DNA from: an uncultured Patescibacteria group bacterium
GTDB lineage: Bacteria; Patescibacteriota; Microgenomatia; UBA10105; UBA927
Assembly: GCA_937921305.1 (NCBI GenBank)
Contig: CAKZSU010000003.1
Span: forward strand, 38,831 to 102,830
DNA: 64,000 bases
Direction of reading: 5' to 3'
Shown piece by piece: positions 8,254 to 17,018 of the stretch. The notes beneath the pieces are model-generated. The model was given only the letters and a program-made list of their open reading frames with translations. It had not been told where the DNA came from and did no database searches. The position numbers were made by a program, and so were the translations under genes. Each line of letters begins with the position of its first letter. Position 1 is the first letter of the stretch.

Positions 8254-9569
8254 ATGAGATGCTTTGATCGTAACAATTTATGATAGGTAATTGCAAATCG
8301 ATGCGCTTCGTCTCGAAGCCGCATGATGAGTCGAAGCCCTTCATGCGAAAGAGGAAGACGAATGGTTTTCCATCTATCGGTAGATGGTACGATGATCTCC
8401 TCTTCTCGTTTTGCAAGTCCAATGATCGGAATCGTTGAGGGAACAACTGACCGCGCGGCAGAAACTTGGCCCTTTCCTCCATCAACTATAAGAAGATCGG
8501 GAAATTCCCACTCGGGATGACGAAAACGTCGTTGCAAGGCTTCCGTCATCATTGCGAAATCGTTTGGTTTGCCATCGCGGAGTATTTTAAATTTTCTATA
8601 TTCGCTTCGATCGATTTTTCCTTGAATCATAACTACCATGGACGCGGTTGCATGCTGTCCCATTGTGTTAGAAACATCAAAACATTCAATGCGACGAAGT
8701 TTTGTTAATCCCTCATAGTATGGTTGAAGCACTCGTAATAATGCTTGCTCTTCTTTTTCAAACAACTGTTCTATCATGGTGTCGCTTTGCATATAGAGCG
8801 TTGGACTGTACCGTTTGCCTCCAAGATATCGCAGTGCGTCGATTTGCGTTTTGATGAGCGCCGCTTCTTCAAACTTTTCTTGCTTCGCGAGCGATTCCAT
8901 TTCTTTTTCCATTTCTTTTAGGACAGTCATGGATTTTCCGGATAAAATATCTCGGAGCAGGAAGATGTTTTTTCTATAAGTTTGGGTTAGTTTCTTTTTA
9001 AGCGTTTCATCGTTCAATTTCGCGATATATGATGGACAAGGATTGCACAACCCAAGATGCGTATAAAAACATTTCTTGCCATTGCGTTGTTTTTGTGTGC
9101 AATACGGGATGATTCGTCGGAGCGATCGAAATAAATGCCGTGCGACGCTTCCAGATTGAAACGGACCGAAATATAAAATTTCTGATTCGTTATAGTTTTG
9201 TTCCTCTGTTTTTGGTTTTCTCGCAAGATAGACATGAGGCAACGGTTCATTCATCCTGATTGTGATATACAATGGGCTTTTATCGTCTTTCGCTATAGTA
9301 TTAAATTTTGGTTGATAGGTTTTGATCAGCTTTGCTTCAAGCAAGATTGCGTCGAGTTCGCTGATGGTTTCTATCGTTTCTATGTCCGCGATTTCCGAGA
9401 CAAGATGTTTTGTTTTTTCTCCTAATGCGTCGTCTCGTTGAAAATACTGTTTTACCCGTTTCGCGAGGTTGACCGCTTTTCCCACATAAATCACTTCCCC
9501 GTTGACGTTTTTATAGATGTACACGCCGGGCGTTGATGGAAGCGATGAGAGACGATCAGAAAGAGTCAT
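8250..9569 (-). CDS. uvrC: Excinuclease ABC subunit C lacking the C-terminal HhH domain
   Basis: GIY-YIG (PGVY...IYVGKA), Cys-rich region, UVR domain, RIECFDVS, VDGGKGQ, RDEAHRFAITYH. Confidence 0.9.
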   Translation of the reverse strand: MTLSDRLSSLPSTPGVYIYKNVNGEVIYVGKAVNLAKRVKQYFQRDDALGEKTKHLVSEIADIETIETISELDAILLEAKLIKTYQPKFNTIAKDDKSPLYITIRMNEPLPHVYLARKPKTEEQNYNESEILYFGPFQSGSVARHLFRSLRRIIPYCTQKQRNGKKCFYTHLGLCNPCPSYIAKLNDETLKKKLTQTYRKNIFLLRDILSGKSMTVLKEMEKEMESLAKQEKFEEAALIKTQIDALRYLGGKRYSPTLYMQSDTMIEQLFEKEEQALLRVLQPYYEGLTKLRRIECFDVSNTMGQHATASMVVMIQGKIDRSEYRKFKILRDGKPNDFAMMTEALQRRFRHPEWEFPDLLIVDGGKGQVSAARSVVPSTIPIIGLAKREEEIIVPSTDRWKTIRLPLSHEGLRLIMRLRDEAHRFAITYHKLLRSKHLI

Positions 9570-9572
9570 ACG

Positions 9573-11369
9573 TTATTTTCTTTTCCTGATGATTATAGCA
9601 AGACCGATAAGAATCCAAATAAAAAGAATTAAACCTGCGCCGACAAATATTAAAGGAATGATTGTCGCGCGGTGCTGGATTGTTGATCCATTGACAGAAG
9701 CGAATAACATCGCTTCTCGCAGAGTGCTTGTTGATGAAAGATTTGCTGAAAATGGAAGAGAAACAACGCCATAAGGCGGGATGAGCGGAATGTCTTTGCT
9801 AATTTGAATAGCGAGATCATCGCTTGAAACAGTCGCAAATGCTCGTTCGCTCGCGACATTGCCACGATTATGAATTAATACATTCCCTTGTGTGGCAAAT
9901 CCAGACACAATGCGCGAAGGAAATTGTATCACGGGGACAACATCAGCTGATTGTATCGGAAGGTTTCCTTCAAAAAACCTTGCCTCGATGTCTTTTCCTG
10001 TTTTGCCTGTTTGTCGATAAAATCCGGCTGGATACGGATAATCGTCTCGAATGCCGTTATAAACAAAGACAATATGGTTAAAATCCATTTTAGAAAAGTA
10101 ATCGATGCCTCCGGTTGTGTGTTTCCATGTGGGATCAACAGGAATCCATTGTTTTTTCTTTTCGTCGTAATACTCTGGCCATGCGTGCAAGATATCCGAA
10201 GAAAGCGATAATGGTCGAAGTCTTGGATTTGTTGTGTGCGCATATCCTACCGCTTGACGGGCTGGGATGCCTGCCGCTCGTGCAAGCGCTATAAACACAT
10301 CAGTGAATTCCATGCAGACCGCATTATCTGGAGACGCAAGCGCGCTTATTGCTCCTTTTCGTTCCGGTTGCTTGTCCACTTGATCATAGTTATATGACAG
10401 CGTATTTACGACAAAATCATAGATATTCTTTGGTGTTTTTAGGCGATTTGCTTCGTTTTGAATCCCTTGATCTTGGGCCTGCCAATAGCTCGTCGCGTGA
10501 CGATGCGGGTCTTTTGGTTCTGGATGAACATAGTCGCTTCGCGGATGAAGGAAAAGTTGCGCGATAATATCCGCGGAAATAGTGAGCATTGAATTCCCTT
10601 CCAATCTGTATCGAGCCAACCAATTTCCGTCGTCATCGACAACGACTGTTTCTGGTTTTGGATTTATCGATTGGATCGTTATATATTGATATGCTGTCGT
10701 TGGCGGCAACGCAATTTCCGTCATGACCGGATATGGTTTTGGGTTTTCCAAGAAATACGATAAAAGCAATTGAAACTGTTGCTCTTTACCAAACGCAAGA
10801 GATACTCCTCCATTAATCAACTTCTCTTTTGACCACACATAGGGCTTGTCTGGTTCTGGTGTCATCAGCGTGGGCGGTCCAAAAGTTTCAGGAATAGACA
10901 GTTTTACGGTATATTCGCCAAGTGTTGAATCTTCCTTCACGCCGGGAATAGAAACTTCCCAAATTGAACCGGTTTTTTTTGTGATGTTTTCATCTTCATA
11001 ATTAAGTTGAAATGATAAGATCTTGCCAAGACCGACGACTTCTTCGTTAAACACGAGACGGATTTCCGTTTTTTCATTTTCTCGTATCACTGATGGAACA
11101 ATCGGTCCTTTTCCGTCAGACGCGGAGATGTTTTTGATTTTATTGCTGTCTATCCGAATAGCGTATTCTTTTGCGTAAAGATTGGTTCGTTTATTGATGA
11201 GCGACACGCGTTGCGTGACAAATGTCGTTCCTTCGTTTGTAATCCGATATGAGATATCGTAGTTGACAACAAAGTCTTCTGCCATAATGTGTTGAGGAAA
11301 TCCAAAGATTGCAGCAATCGACAGTATGATTGCTAAAACATATCTGCCAAAAAGAGTTTGAAGATGCAT
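9573..11369 (-). CDS. Surface-anchored transglutaminase-like (Cys-His-Asp) protein
   Basis: Signal peptide; VCMEF...HAWPE...DPTW triad; C-terminal TM followed by RKRK. Confidence 0.85.
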   Translation of the reverse strand: MHLQTLFGRYVLAIILSIAAIFGFPQHIMAEDFVVNYDISYRITNEGTTFVTQRVSLINKRTNLYAKEYAIRIDSNKIKNISASDGKGPIVPSVIRENEKTEIRLVFNEEVVGLGKILSFQLNYEDENITKKTGSIWEVSIPGVKEDSTLGEYTVKLSIPETFGPPTLMTPEPDKPYVWSKEKLINGGVSLAFGKEQQFQLLLSYFLENPKPYPVMTEIALPPTTAYQYITIQSINPKPETVVVDDDGNWLARYRLEGNSMLTISADIIAQLFLHPRSDYVHPEPKDPHRHATSYWQAQDQGIQNEANRLKTPKNIYDFVVNTLSYNYDQVDKQPERKGAISALASPDNAVCMEFTDVFIALARAAGIPARQAVGYAHTTNPRLRPLSLSSDILHAWPEYYDEKKKQWIPVDPTWKHTTGGIDYFSKMDFNHIVFVYNGIRDDYPYPAGFYRQTGKTGKDIEARFFEGNLPIQSADVVPVIQFPSRIVSGFATQGNVLIHNRGNVASERAFATVSSDDLAIQISKDIPLIPPYGVVSLPFSANLSSTSTLREAMLFASVNGSTIQHRATIIPLIFVGAGLILFIWILIGLAIIIRKRK

Positions 11370-11419
11370 ATGTAGGTATTATAAAATGCTTTTTTCATGA
11401 ATAGCTTGGAGCAGTCATT

Positions 11420-11451
11420 TTCAGGAAGTATTCAGCTGGTTGATTTATACT
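11420..11451 (+). promoter_or_regulatory. OmpR-type direct-repeat box plus -10 element (autoregulatory)
   Basis: TTCAGgaagtaTTCAGCT with 11-bp period; TATACT at 11446-11451. Confidence 0.65.
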
Positions 11452-11458
11452 AAAACAT

Positions 11459-12142
11459 ATGAGAATTCTTGTTGTTGAAGACGACGTGGTGATCGCTCAA
11501 GCGATTAAAAAGGGATTAGAGCAAGAAAAAGGATTTGCGGTTGACATTGTACATGATGGGGAAAAAGGATATGATCTTGCCTCTTCAGAATCGTTTGATT
11601 GTATTATTCTTGATCGTATGATTCCAAAGATAGACGGACTTTCTCTTTGTCATATGCTTCGAAACGAACAGAATACCGTTCCCATTCTCATGCTTACTGC
11701 GAAAGGACAAACATATGAAAAGGTCGAAGGATTGAACGCCGGCGCTGACGACTATCTCCCAAAGCCGTTTTCATTTGACGAGTTAGTTGCTCGCGTCCGC
11801 GCATTGACAAGAAGACCAAAAACAATGATACCAGATCGCATCGTGATTGCGGATTTCGTTATGGACACAGTGTCATATGCCGTCTCTCGAGCTGGACAGA
11901 GCATTCCGTTGACGCAAAAAGAATACGCGGTTCTAAAATACCTTGCAATCCATTCGCCGAGCATAGTGACAAAAGATCAACTGATCGAGCATGTCTGGAG
12001 TTTTGACGCGGACATCTTGCCGAATACCGTGGAAGCGGTGATAAAAAATTTGAGAAAAAAAATTGACGATCCATTTCCTGAACCGATCATCCATACTGTT
12101 CGAGGGTTTGGATATAAAATATGTTCAAAAATGCGCGGATAA
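11459..12142 (+). CDS. OmpR/PhoB family response regulator
   Basis: ILVVEDD, ILDRMIP (phospho-Asp), GADDYLPKPF, IHTVRGFGY. Confidence 0.95.
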   Translation: MRILVVEDDVVIAQAIKKGLEQEKGFAVDIVHDGEKGYDLASSESFDCIILDRMIPKIDGLSLCHMLRNEQNTVPILMLTAKGQTYEKVEGLNAGADDYLPKPFSFDELVARVRALTRRPKTMIPDRIVIADFVMDTVSYAVSRAGQSIPLTQKEYAVLKYLAIHSPSIVTKDQLIEHVWSFDADILPNTVEAVIKNLRKKIDDPFPEPIIHTVRGFGYKICSKMRG

Positions 12143-13143
12143 CGCTTACGTTTTGGTACACGATCGTGATCGTGATTGTTAGTGCGCTATTTAGCGTCGC
12201 GTTGTTTCATATGTCAAGCAGAGAATTAGATCGTGTCGAGCGAATGCACGCGCGACGAATTCGCCGATGGATGGATCTAGGCTTGCCTATTCCTGACGAT
12301 CCGTCTTCTCGTCGTCTTCTCCCATTTCAAGATCCAGAAATTATTCGCGATATGAAAGATCGTCTTGCATTTCAATTGATTGGCTTAAATGGTGTCATTT
12401 TGTTGATTTCAAGCGTTGGCGGGTATGTTTTGGCTGGAAAAACATTGCGTCCGATTCAAGATATGATGGAAGAACAAAAACAATTCATCTCCGACGCGTC
12501 TCATGAATTAAAAACGCCGATCACTGCATTGAAAACGACGCTTGAGGTATATCAACGAGATAAAAAGAAAACCATTGAGGAAGCAAATCGTGTGATTGAT
12601 CAAAGCCTTGAGCAAACGAATCGCATGCAACGGCTTATTCAACGTCTTCTTTCTCAATCGAAACTTGATTCGGATTATCATGAAGCTCATGCTCGTGTCG
12701 ATCTTCAGGATGTTGTGCGCGCAAGCATTCACAATATGAATCCATTGGCAAAAGCAAAAGGAATCATATTGGAAAATCAACTCAGTGAAGCGTTCATTAT
12801 GGGAGATCGAGAGCGTCTTGAGGAATTATTTGGCATTCTTATTGACAACGCTATAAAATATTCCCCTTCTTCTGCGATTATCCGCGTCGTTATGAAGCGA
12901 TCTCTTCGATCGGTGGATGTTTCTGTTATAGATACTGGTCCCGGCATTCCAAAATCTGAGCATGAGCGAATTTTTCGTCGGTTTTGTCGAGGAGACGCGT
13001 CGCGATCAAGCGAATCGGAAAGTTTTGGGCTTGGTCTTTCTATCGCAAAACGTATTGTCGATCTTCATCACGGTCGGATACGGGTGATAAGCGAAGAAGG
13101 AAACGGATCGACATTCGTTGTTTCATTGCCGATAACTTCATAA
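12121..13143 (+). CDS. Sensor histidine kinase (two TM, HisKA, HATPase)
   Basis: FISDASHELKTP H-box, DNAIKYS, DTGPGIP, GLGLSIAK. Confidence 0.95.
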   Translation: MFKNARITLTFWYTIVIVIVSALFSVALFHMSSRELDRVERMHARRIRRWMDLGLPIPDDPSSRRLLPFQDPEIIRDMKDRLAFQLIGLNGVILLISSVGGYVLAGKTLRPIQDMMEEQKQFISDASHELKTPITALKTTLEVYQRDKKKTIEEANRVIDQSLEQTNRMQRLIQRLLSQSKLDSDYHEAHARVDLQDVVRASIHNMNPLAKAKGIILENQLSEAFIMGDRERLEELFGILIDNAIKYSPSSAIIRVVMKRSLRSVDVSVIDTGPGIPKSEHERIFRRFCRGDASRSSESESFGLGLSIAKRIVDLHHGRIRVISEEGNGSTFVVSLPITS

Positions 13144-13146
13144 TTC

Positions 13147-13178
13147 TTCAGGTATTTTTCAGCTACGCATCGTATCGT
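13147..13178 (+). promoter_or_regulatory. Second OmpR-type direct-repeat box plus -10-like element
   Basis: TTCAGgtatttTTCAGCT; TATCGT at the same 15-nt offset as in the 11420 copy. Confidence 0.65.
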
Positions 13179-13205
13179 ACAAGGTAGAAAAGGAGGTGAG
13201 AACGA

Positions 13206-13673
13206 ATGAAAACATCACACATTATTGCCGTAGCGATTAGTCTTTCTGCGCTGCTCCCTGTGTCTCATGCGTACGCCTATGGCTATGGAGCTACGTCGCA
13301 TGATACCGTTGTCCAACGGATTGCGCAGAAGTTCGGATTGCAAAAATCAAGCGTTCAATCGGTGTTTGACGATATAAGAAAAGAACGACAAGCCGAGATG
13401 CAAAAGCAATTGGAAGAACGACTGACGCAAGCGGTAAAAGATGGCAAATTAACAGATGCCCAGAAGAATCTCATCCTCGCGAAGCATAAAGATATGCAAG
13501 CGAATCGAGAGAAAAATAGAGAGGCGTGGATGAAGATGACACCGGAAGAACGAAGAAATGAAAGACAAAAGACGCGAGCAGAATTTGAAGCGTGGGCAAA
13601 AACGAACAATATTCCCCCTGAGTGGGTTATGCCGTATGGACGAGGAGGCATGGGAATGGGTAGATGGAAGTAA
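13206..13673 (+). CDS. Secreted helical protein (Spy/CpxP/YckD-like architecture)
   Basis: SD AAGGAGGTGA; signal peptide ending AYA; AVKDGKLTDAQ and MTPEER motifs; Gly/Met-rich tail. Confidence 0.75.
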   Translation: MKTSHIIAVAISLSALLPVSHAYAYGYGATSHDTVVQRIAQKFGLQKSSVQSVFDDIRKERQAEMQKQLEERLTQAVKDGKLTDAQKNLILAKHKDMQANREKNREAWMKMTPEERRNERQKTRAEFEAWAKTNNIPPEWVMPYGRGGMGMGRWK

Positions 13674-13683
13674 CCTCGTGAGC

Positions 13684-13733
13684 AAGGAGATCGGAATAGT
13701 AAGCGGTTTTATCGCTCTTCCGATCTCCTTTTG
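13684..13733. terminator. Terminator hairpin between convergent genes
   Basis: AAGGAGATCGGAA (13684-13696) pairs with TTCCGATCTCCTT (13718-13730). Confidence 0.7.
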
Positions 13734-13752
13734 CATATACTTTTGCATATAT

Positions 13753-16716
13753 TTATAGACACCGCTTCAAGAAATGTCCTGTATAAGATTGAGGATGATT
13801 TGCAACATCTTCTGGCGTTCCAATAGCAACGATTTCTCCGCCTGCGTCTCCCCCTTCTAGTCCAAGATCGATAATCCAATCGGCATTTTTAATAATATCA
13901 AGATTGTGCTCAATCACAATTACCGTGTTTCCTCTTTCTGTTAGTTTATGCAACACAGACAGCAATTTTTCTAAATCGGCAAAGTGCAATCCTGTTGTTG
14001 GTTCGTCAAGAATATACACAGTTTTTCCTGTCGATCGGCGAGATAATTCCGCCGCAAGTTTGACCCGTTGCGCTTCTCCTCCGGAAAGCGTCGGAGCCGG
14101 CTGACCAAGATGAATATATCCAAGGCCGACTTCTTCTATCGTGGACAATTTTTCTCGTAACGCAGGATGATGGGCAAAAAATTCTATCGCCTCTGACACG
14201 GTCATATCGAGGACTTGCGCGATGTTTTTTCCATGATAAAGGACTTCCAATGTTTCCTGATTGTATCGTGTTCCATGGCAAACTTCGCAGGTGATATAAA
14301 TATCCGATAGAAACTGCATTTCGATTTTTTTCTGCCCCTCTCCTTCACACGCTTCACATCGTCCGCCTTTCACATTAAAGGAGAAACGACCAGGTTTATA
14401 CCCTCGAAGCTTCGCTTCGGGAAGATTGCTAAATAAATCACGGATGAAGGAAAATATGCCGATATATGTTGCCGGATTGCTTCGAGGCGTTCTTCCGATC
14501 GGGGACTGATCAATCAAAATAACTTTATCGATATATTCTATGCCTTCAATCGCGTCGTATTTCCCCGGTGTCGCTTTGGAAAGCGAATTGAGTTTGCTCT
14601 GAAGCGCTGGGTACAATGTTTCGACCACAAGCGTTGATTTTCCCGATCCAGAGACTCCGGTGACGCAGATAAATGTTCCCAGTGGAAACTCGACAGTCAC
14701 ATGTTTTAGATTGTTTTCCGACGCGCCGACAAGACGAAGGACGCGCTGTTGTTCTTCTGATTCCAAGACTTTTCGTTTTCTTGGTCGATTGATTGTTTTT
14801 TTTCCCAAAAGATATGGTGCGGTGACAGAACGAGGATTCTTTAACACCTCCTGCAGTGTTCCCATTGACACAATTGTTCCTCCCTTCGCTCCTGCTCCTG
14901 GTCCAATGTCAACAAGAATATCCGAAGCCTCCATCGTGTCTCGATCGTGCTCTACGACCAACACGGTATTTCCTAAATCTCGAAGTTTTTTCAATGTTTC
15001 AATCAAGCGATAATTGTCTCGTTGGTGAAGCCCAATCGATGGTTCGTCGAGCACATATAAAACGCCGGAAAGTCCAGAGCCGATTTGAGACGCAAGACGG
15101 ATTCGTTGCGCTTCTCCTCCGGAAAGCGTCGTCGCGGTCCGAGACAATGTTAAGTAGTCCAAGCCGACTGATACCAAAAACTGAAGTCTCGCTTTGATTT
15201 CTTTGAGTATTGGACGCGCGATCATCATTTCTTGTTCGGATAATAGTTCTTCTTTTTTCGATTCGAGATGATCAATCCACGAAAGAGCCTGTTGAATAGA
15301 TTTTTCTGTCACATCGGCGATTGATTCTCCGTTGATTGTGATGGTTAGCGCTTCTTGTTTTAATCGCCTACCATGACATGTTCCGCACACTTCGTTGCGC
15401 ATGTATTTTTCGATTTCGCTTCTCATGTATTCTGATTCAGATTCAGCATATCGTCGTTTTAACTCCCCAACGATGCCGATGAATGGCTCCACAATCGTTG
15501 TCATTTCTCCTTGTTTGTTGGTGCCCGGAACGCGGTGTAGTTCGTCGCCGGTGCCGTAGAGCAATAGCTCTCGTTGTTTCTCTGTTATATACTTGAGCGG
15601 TTTTCTTGGATCTATGCAGATTTTTTTCGCGACAGTGAGCACGATGCGAGAAAACCATGTATCGTGAAAAAACATCTTTGCAAATGGCAAAATGCCTCCT
15701 TCGGAAATGGACAATTCTGGATTAATAACGAGTGATGGATCGACATTGAGGACATATCCAATACCGCTACAGGTAGGACACGCGCCATGAGGGGAGTTAA
15801 AGGAGAAGGTTCGAGGTTCGATCTCTGAAATGGAAATGTTATCAATTGGACAAGAAAATCGCTCGGAAAAAATATGATCTTTCAAGTTTTTTGGTTTCAC
15901 CGGGATATCAAATCCCGCGTCGTGAATCTCCGCCATGATCACCAATCCTTCGGATAAATTGACAGCTTGCTCAACCGCGTCGGCGATCCTTCCTCGAAAC
16001 GAGGAAAATGCCGCTTCGTCATGATTCGGCTGTTTAATAACTTTCGCGATTGATCCATCCACGCTGATTCGGTCAATTACCACATCGATGCTGTGTTTGT
16101 TGTTTTTTAGAAGCATGATATCTTCATCAAAAAGATCGATGATTGTTCCGTCAACGCGAACTTGGCGGTATCCTTTGGCACGAAGATTATCAAACAAGGA
16201 TGTAAATTCTCCTTTTCTGTCGCGAACCACCGGAGAAAGAATGAGGAAACGAAACATTTTGCTTCGTGTTTCTGCCATGCCCTGGATAATAAATTCGAGA
16301 ATTTTTTGAACAATTTGTTGGGGAGATTGCTTGCTGATTTCTCTTCCGCATATTGGACAATGCGGGTGACCGATTCTTGCGAACAAAAGACGAAGATAAT
16401 CATAAATTTCCGTTACAGTTCCGACGGTTGAGCGAGGATTGTGCGATGTGGATTTTTGATCAATCGAAATCGCTGGAGAAAGCCCTTCGATACTATCTAC
16501 ATCTGGTTTATCCATAACGCCAAGGAATTGGCGAGCATATGAAGAAAGAGACTCCACGTATCGTCGTTGACCTTCGGCGTAAATTGTGTCAAACGCCAGG
16601 GATGATTTGCCTGATCCTGACAATCCGGTAAACACGATCAGTTTGTTTTTGGGAAGTTCTATCGTGATGTTTTTGAGATTATGCTGTCGAGCACCTTTGA
16701 CAATAAGTCTATCCAT
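13753..16716 (-). CDS. uvrA: Excinuclease ABC subunit A
   Basis: GARQHNLKN; two Walker A motifs ([16 protein letters not shown]); two LSGGEAQR; zinc fingers; start placed at MDRLIVKG. Confidence 0.98.
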   Translation of the reverse strand: MDRLIVKGARQHNLKNITIELPKNKLIVFTGLSGSGKSSLAFDTIYAEGQRRYVESLSSYARQFLGVMDKPDVDSIEGLSPAISIDQKSTSHNPRSTVGTVTEIYDYLRLLFARIGHPHCPICGREISKQSPQQIVQKILEFIIQGMAETRSKMFRFLILSPVVRDRKGEFTSLFDNLRAKGYRQVRVDGTIIDLFDEDIMLLKNNKHSIDVVIDRISVDGSIAKVIKQPNHDEAAFSSFRGRIADAVEQAVNLSEGLVIMAEIHDAGFDIPVKPKNLKDHIFSERFSCPIDNISISEIEPRTFSFNSPHGACPTCSGIGYVLNVDPSLVINPELSISEGGILPFAKMFFHDTWFSRIVLTVAKKICIDPRKPLKYITEKQRELLLYGTGDELHRVPGTNKQGEMTTIVEPFIGIVGELKRRYAESESEYMRSEIEKYMRNEVCGTCHGRRLKQEALTITINGESIADVTEKSIQQALSWIDHLESKKEELLSEQEMMIARPILKEIKARLQFLVSVGLDYLTLSRTATTLSGGEAQRIRLASQIGSGLSGVLYVLDEPSIGLHQRDNYRLIETLKKLRDLGNTVLVVEHDRDTMEASDILVDIGPGAGAKGGTIVSMGTLQEVLKNPRSVTAPYLLGKKTINRPRKRKVLESEEQQRVLRLVGASENNLKHVTVEFPLGTFICVTGVSGSGKSTLVVETLYPALQSKLNSLSKATPGKYDAIEGIEYIDKVILIDQSPIGRTPRSNPATYIGIFSFIRDLFSNLPEAKLRGYKPGRFSFNVKGGRCEACEGEGQKKIEMQFLSDIYITCEVCHGTRYNQETLEVLYHGKNIAQVLDMTVSEAIEFFAHHPALREKLSTIEEVGLGYIHLGQPAPTLSGGEAQRVKLAAELSRRSTGKTVYILDEPTTGLHFADLEKLLSVLHKLTERGNTVIVIEHNLDIIKNADWIIDLGLEGGDAGGEIVAIGTPEDVANHPQSYTGHFLKRCL

Positions 16717-16797
16717 ACGAAAAGACCACCGATAGTTCTCCGTGGCAGGAGGTAGTATAGCATAAATCATGGCCTCTTACCTTTTTGTTTTTTACAT

Positions 16798-16914
16798 TGT
16801 CATCCCGAACTCAGCTTCTGTTATCCTAAATTTGGTTCAGGATCTGGAGAGCCTCAAAGAAAGACTCTCTTTTTTTCAATCTCTATAAGATGCTGAAGTA
16901 AATTCAGTATGACA
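16798..16914. repeat. REP/RPE-like palindromic element
   Basis: 27-nt inverted arms 16819-16845 and 16888-16914 (21/27 match), plus partial copy TGTCATCCCGAACT at 16798. Confidence 0.7.
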
Positions 16915-17018
16915 TAAGAAAAACGAATGATATAACGAATTTACTGGAAAAAGATTATTAACAGCATGTTGTCTATCTTGTTTTCTATCATCTTTATATG
17001 AAACAATAGATACTATCT

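Noticed and set aside
13729-13752. TTTTGCATATA direct repeat (two copies)
   Set aside because: Short AT-rich duplication at a terminator; no sign of function.
16717-16770. Longer uvrA N-terminus from the ORF track
   Set aside because: Homology starts at MDRLIVKG, and the extension contains the likely promoter (TGcTATACT).
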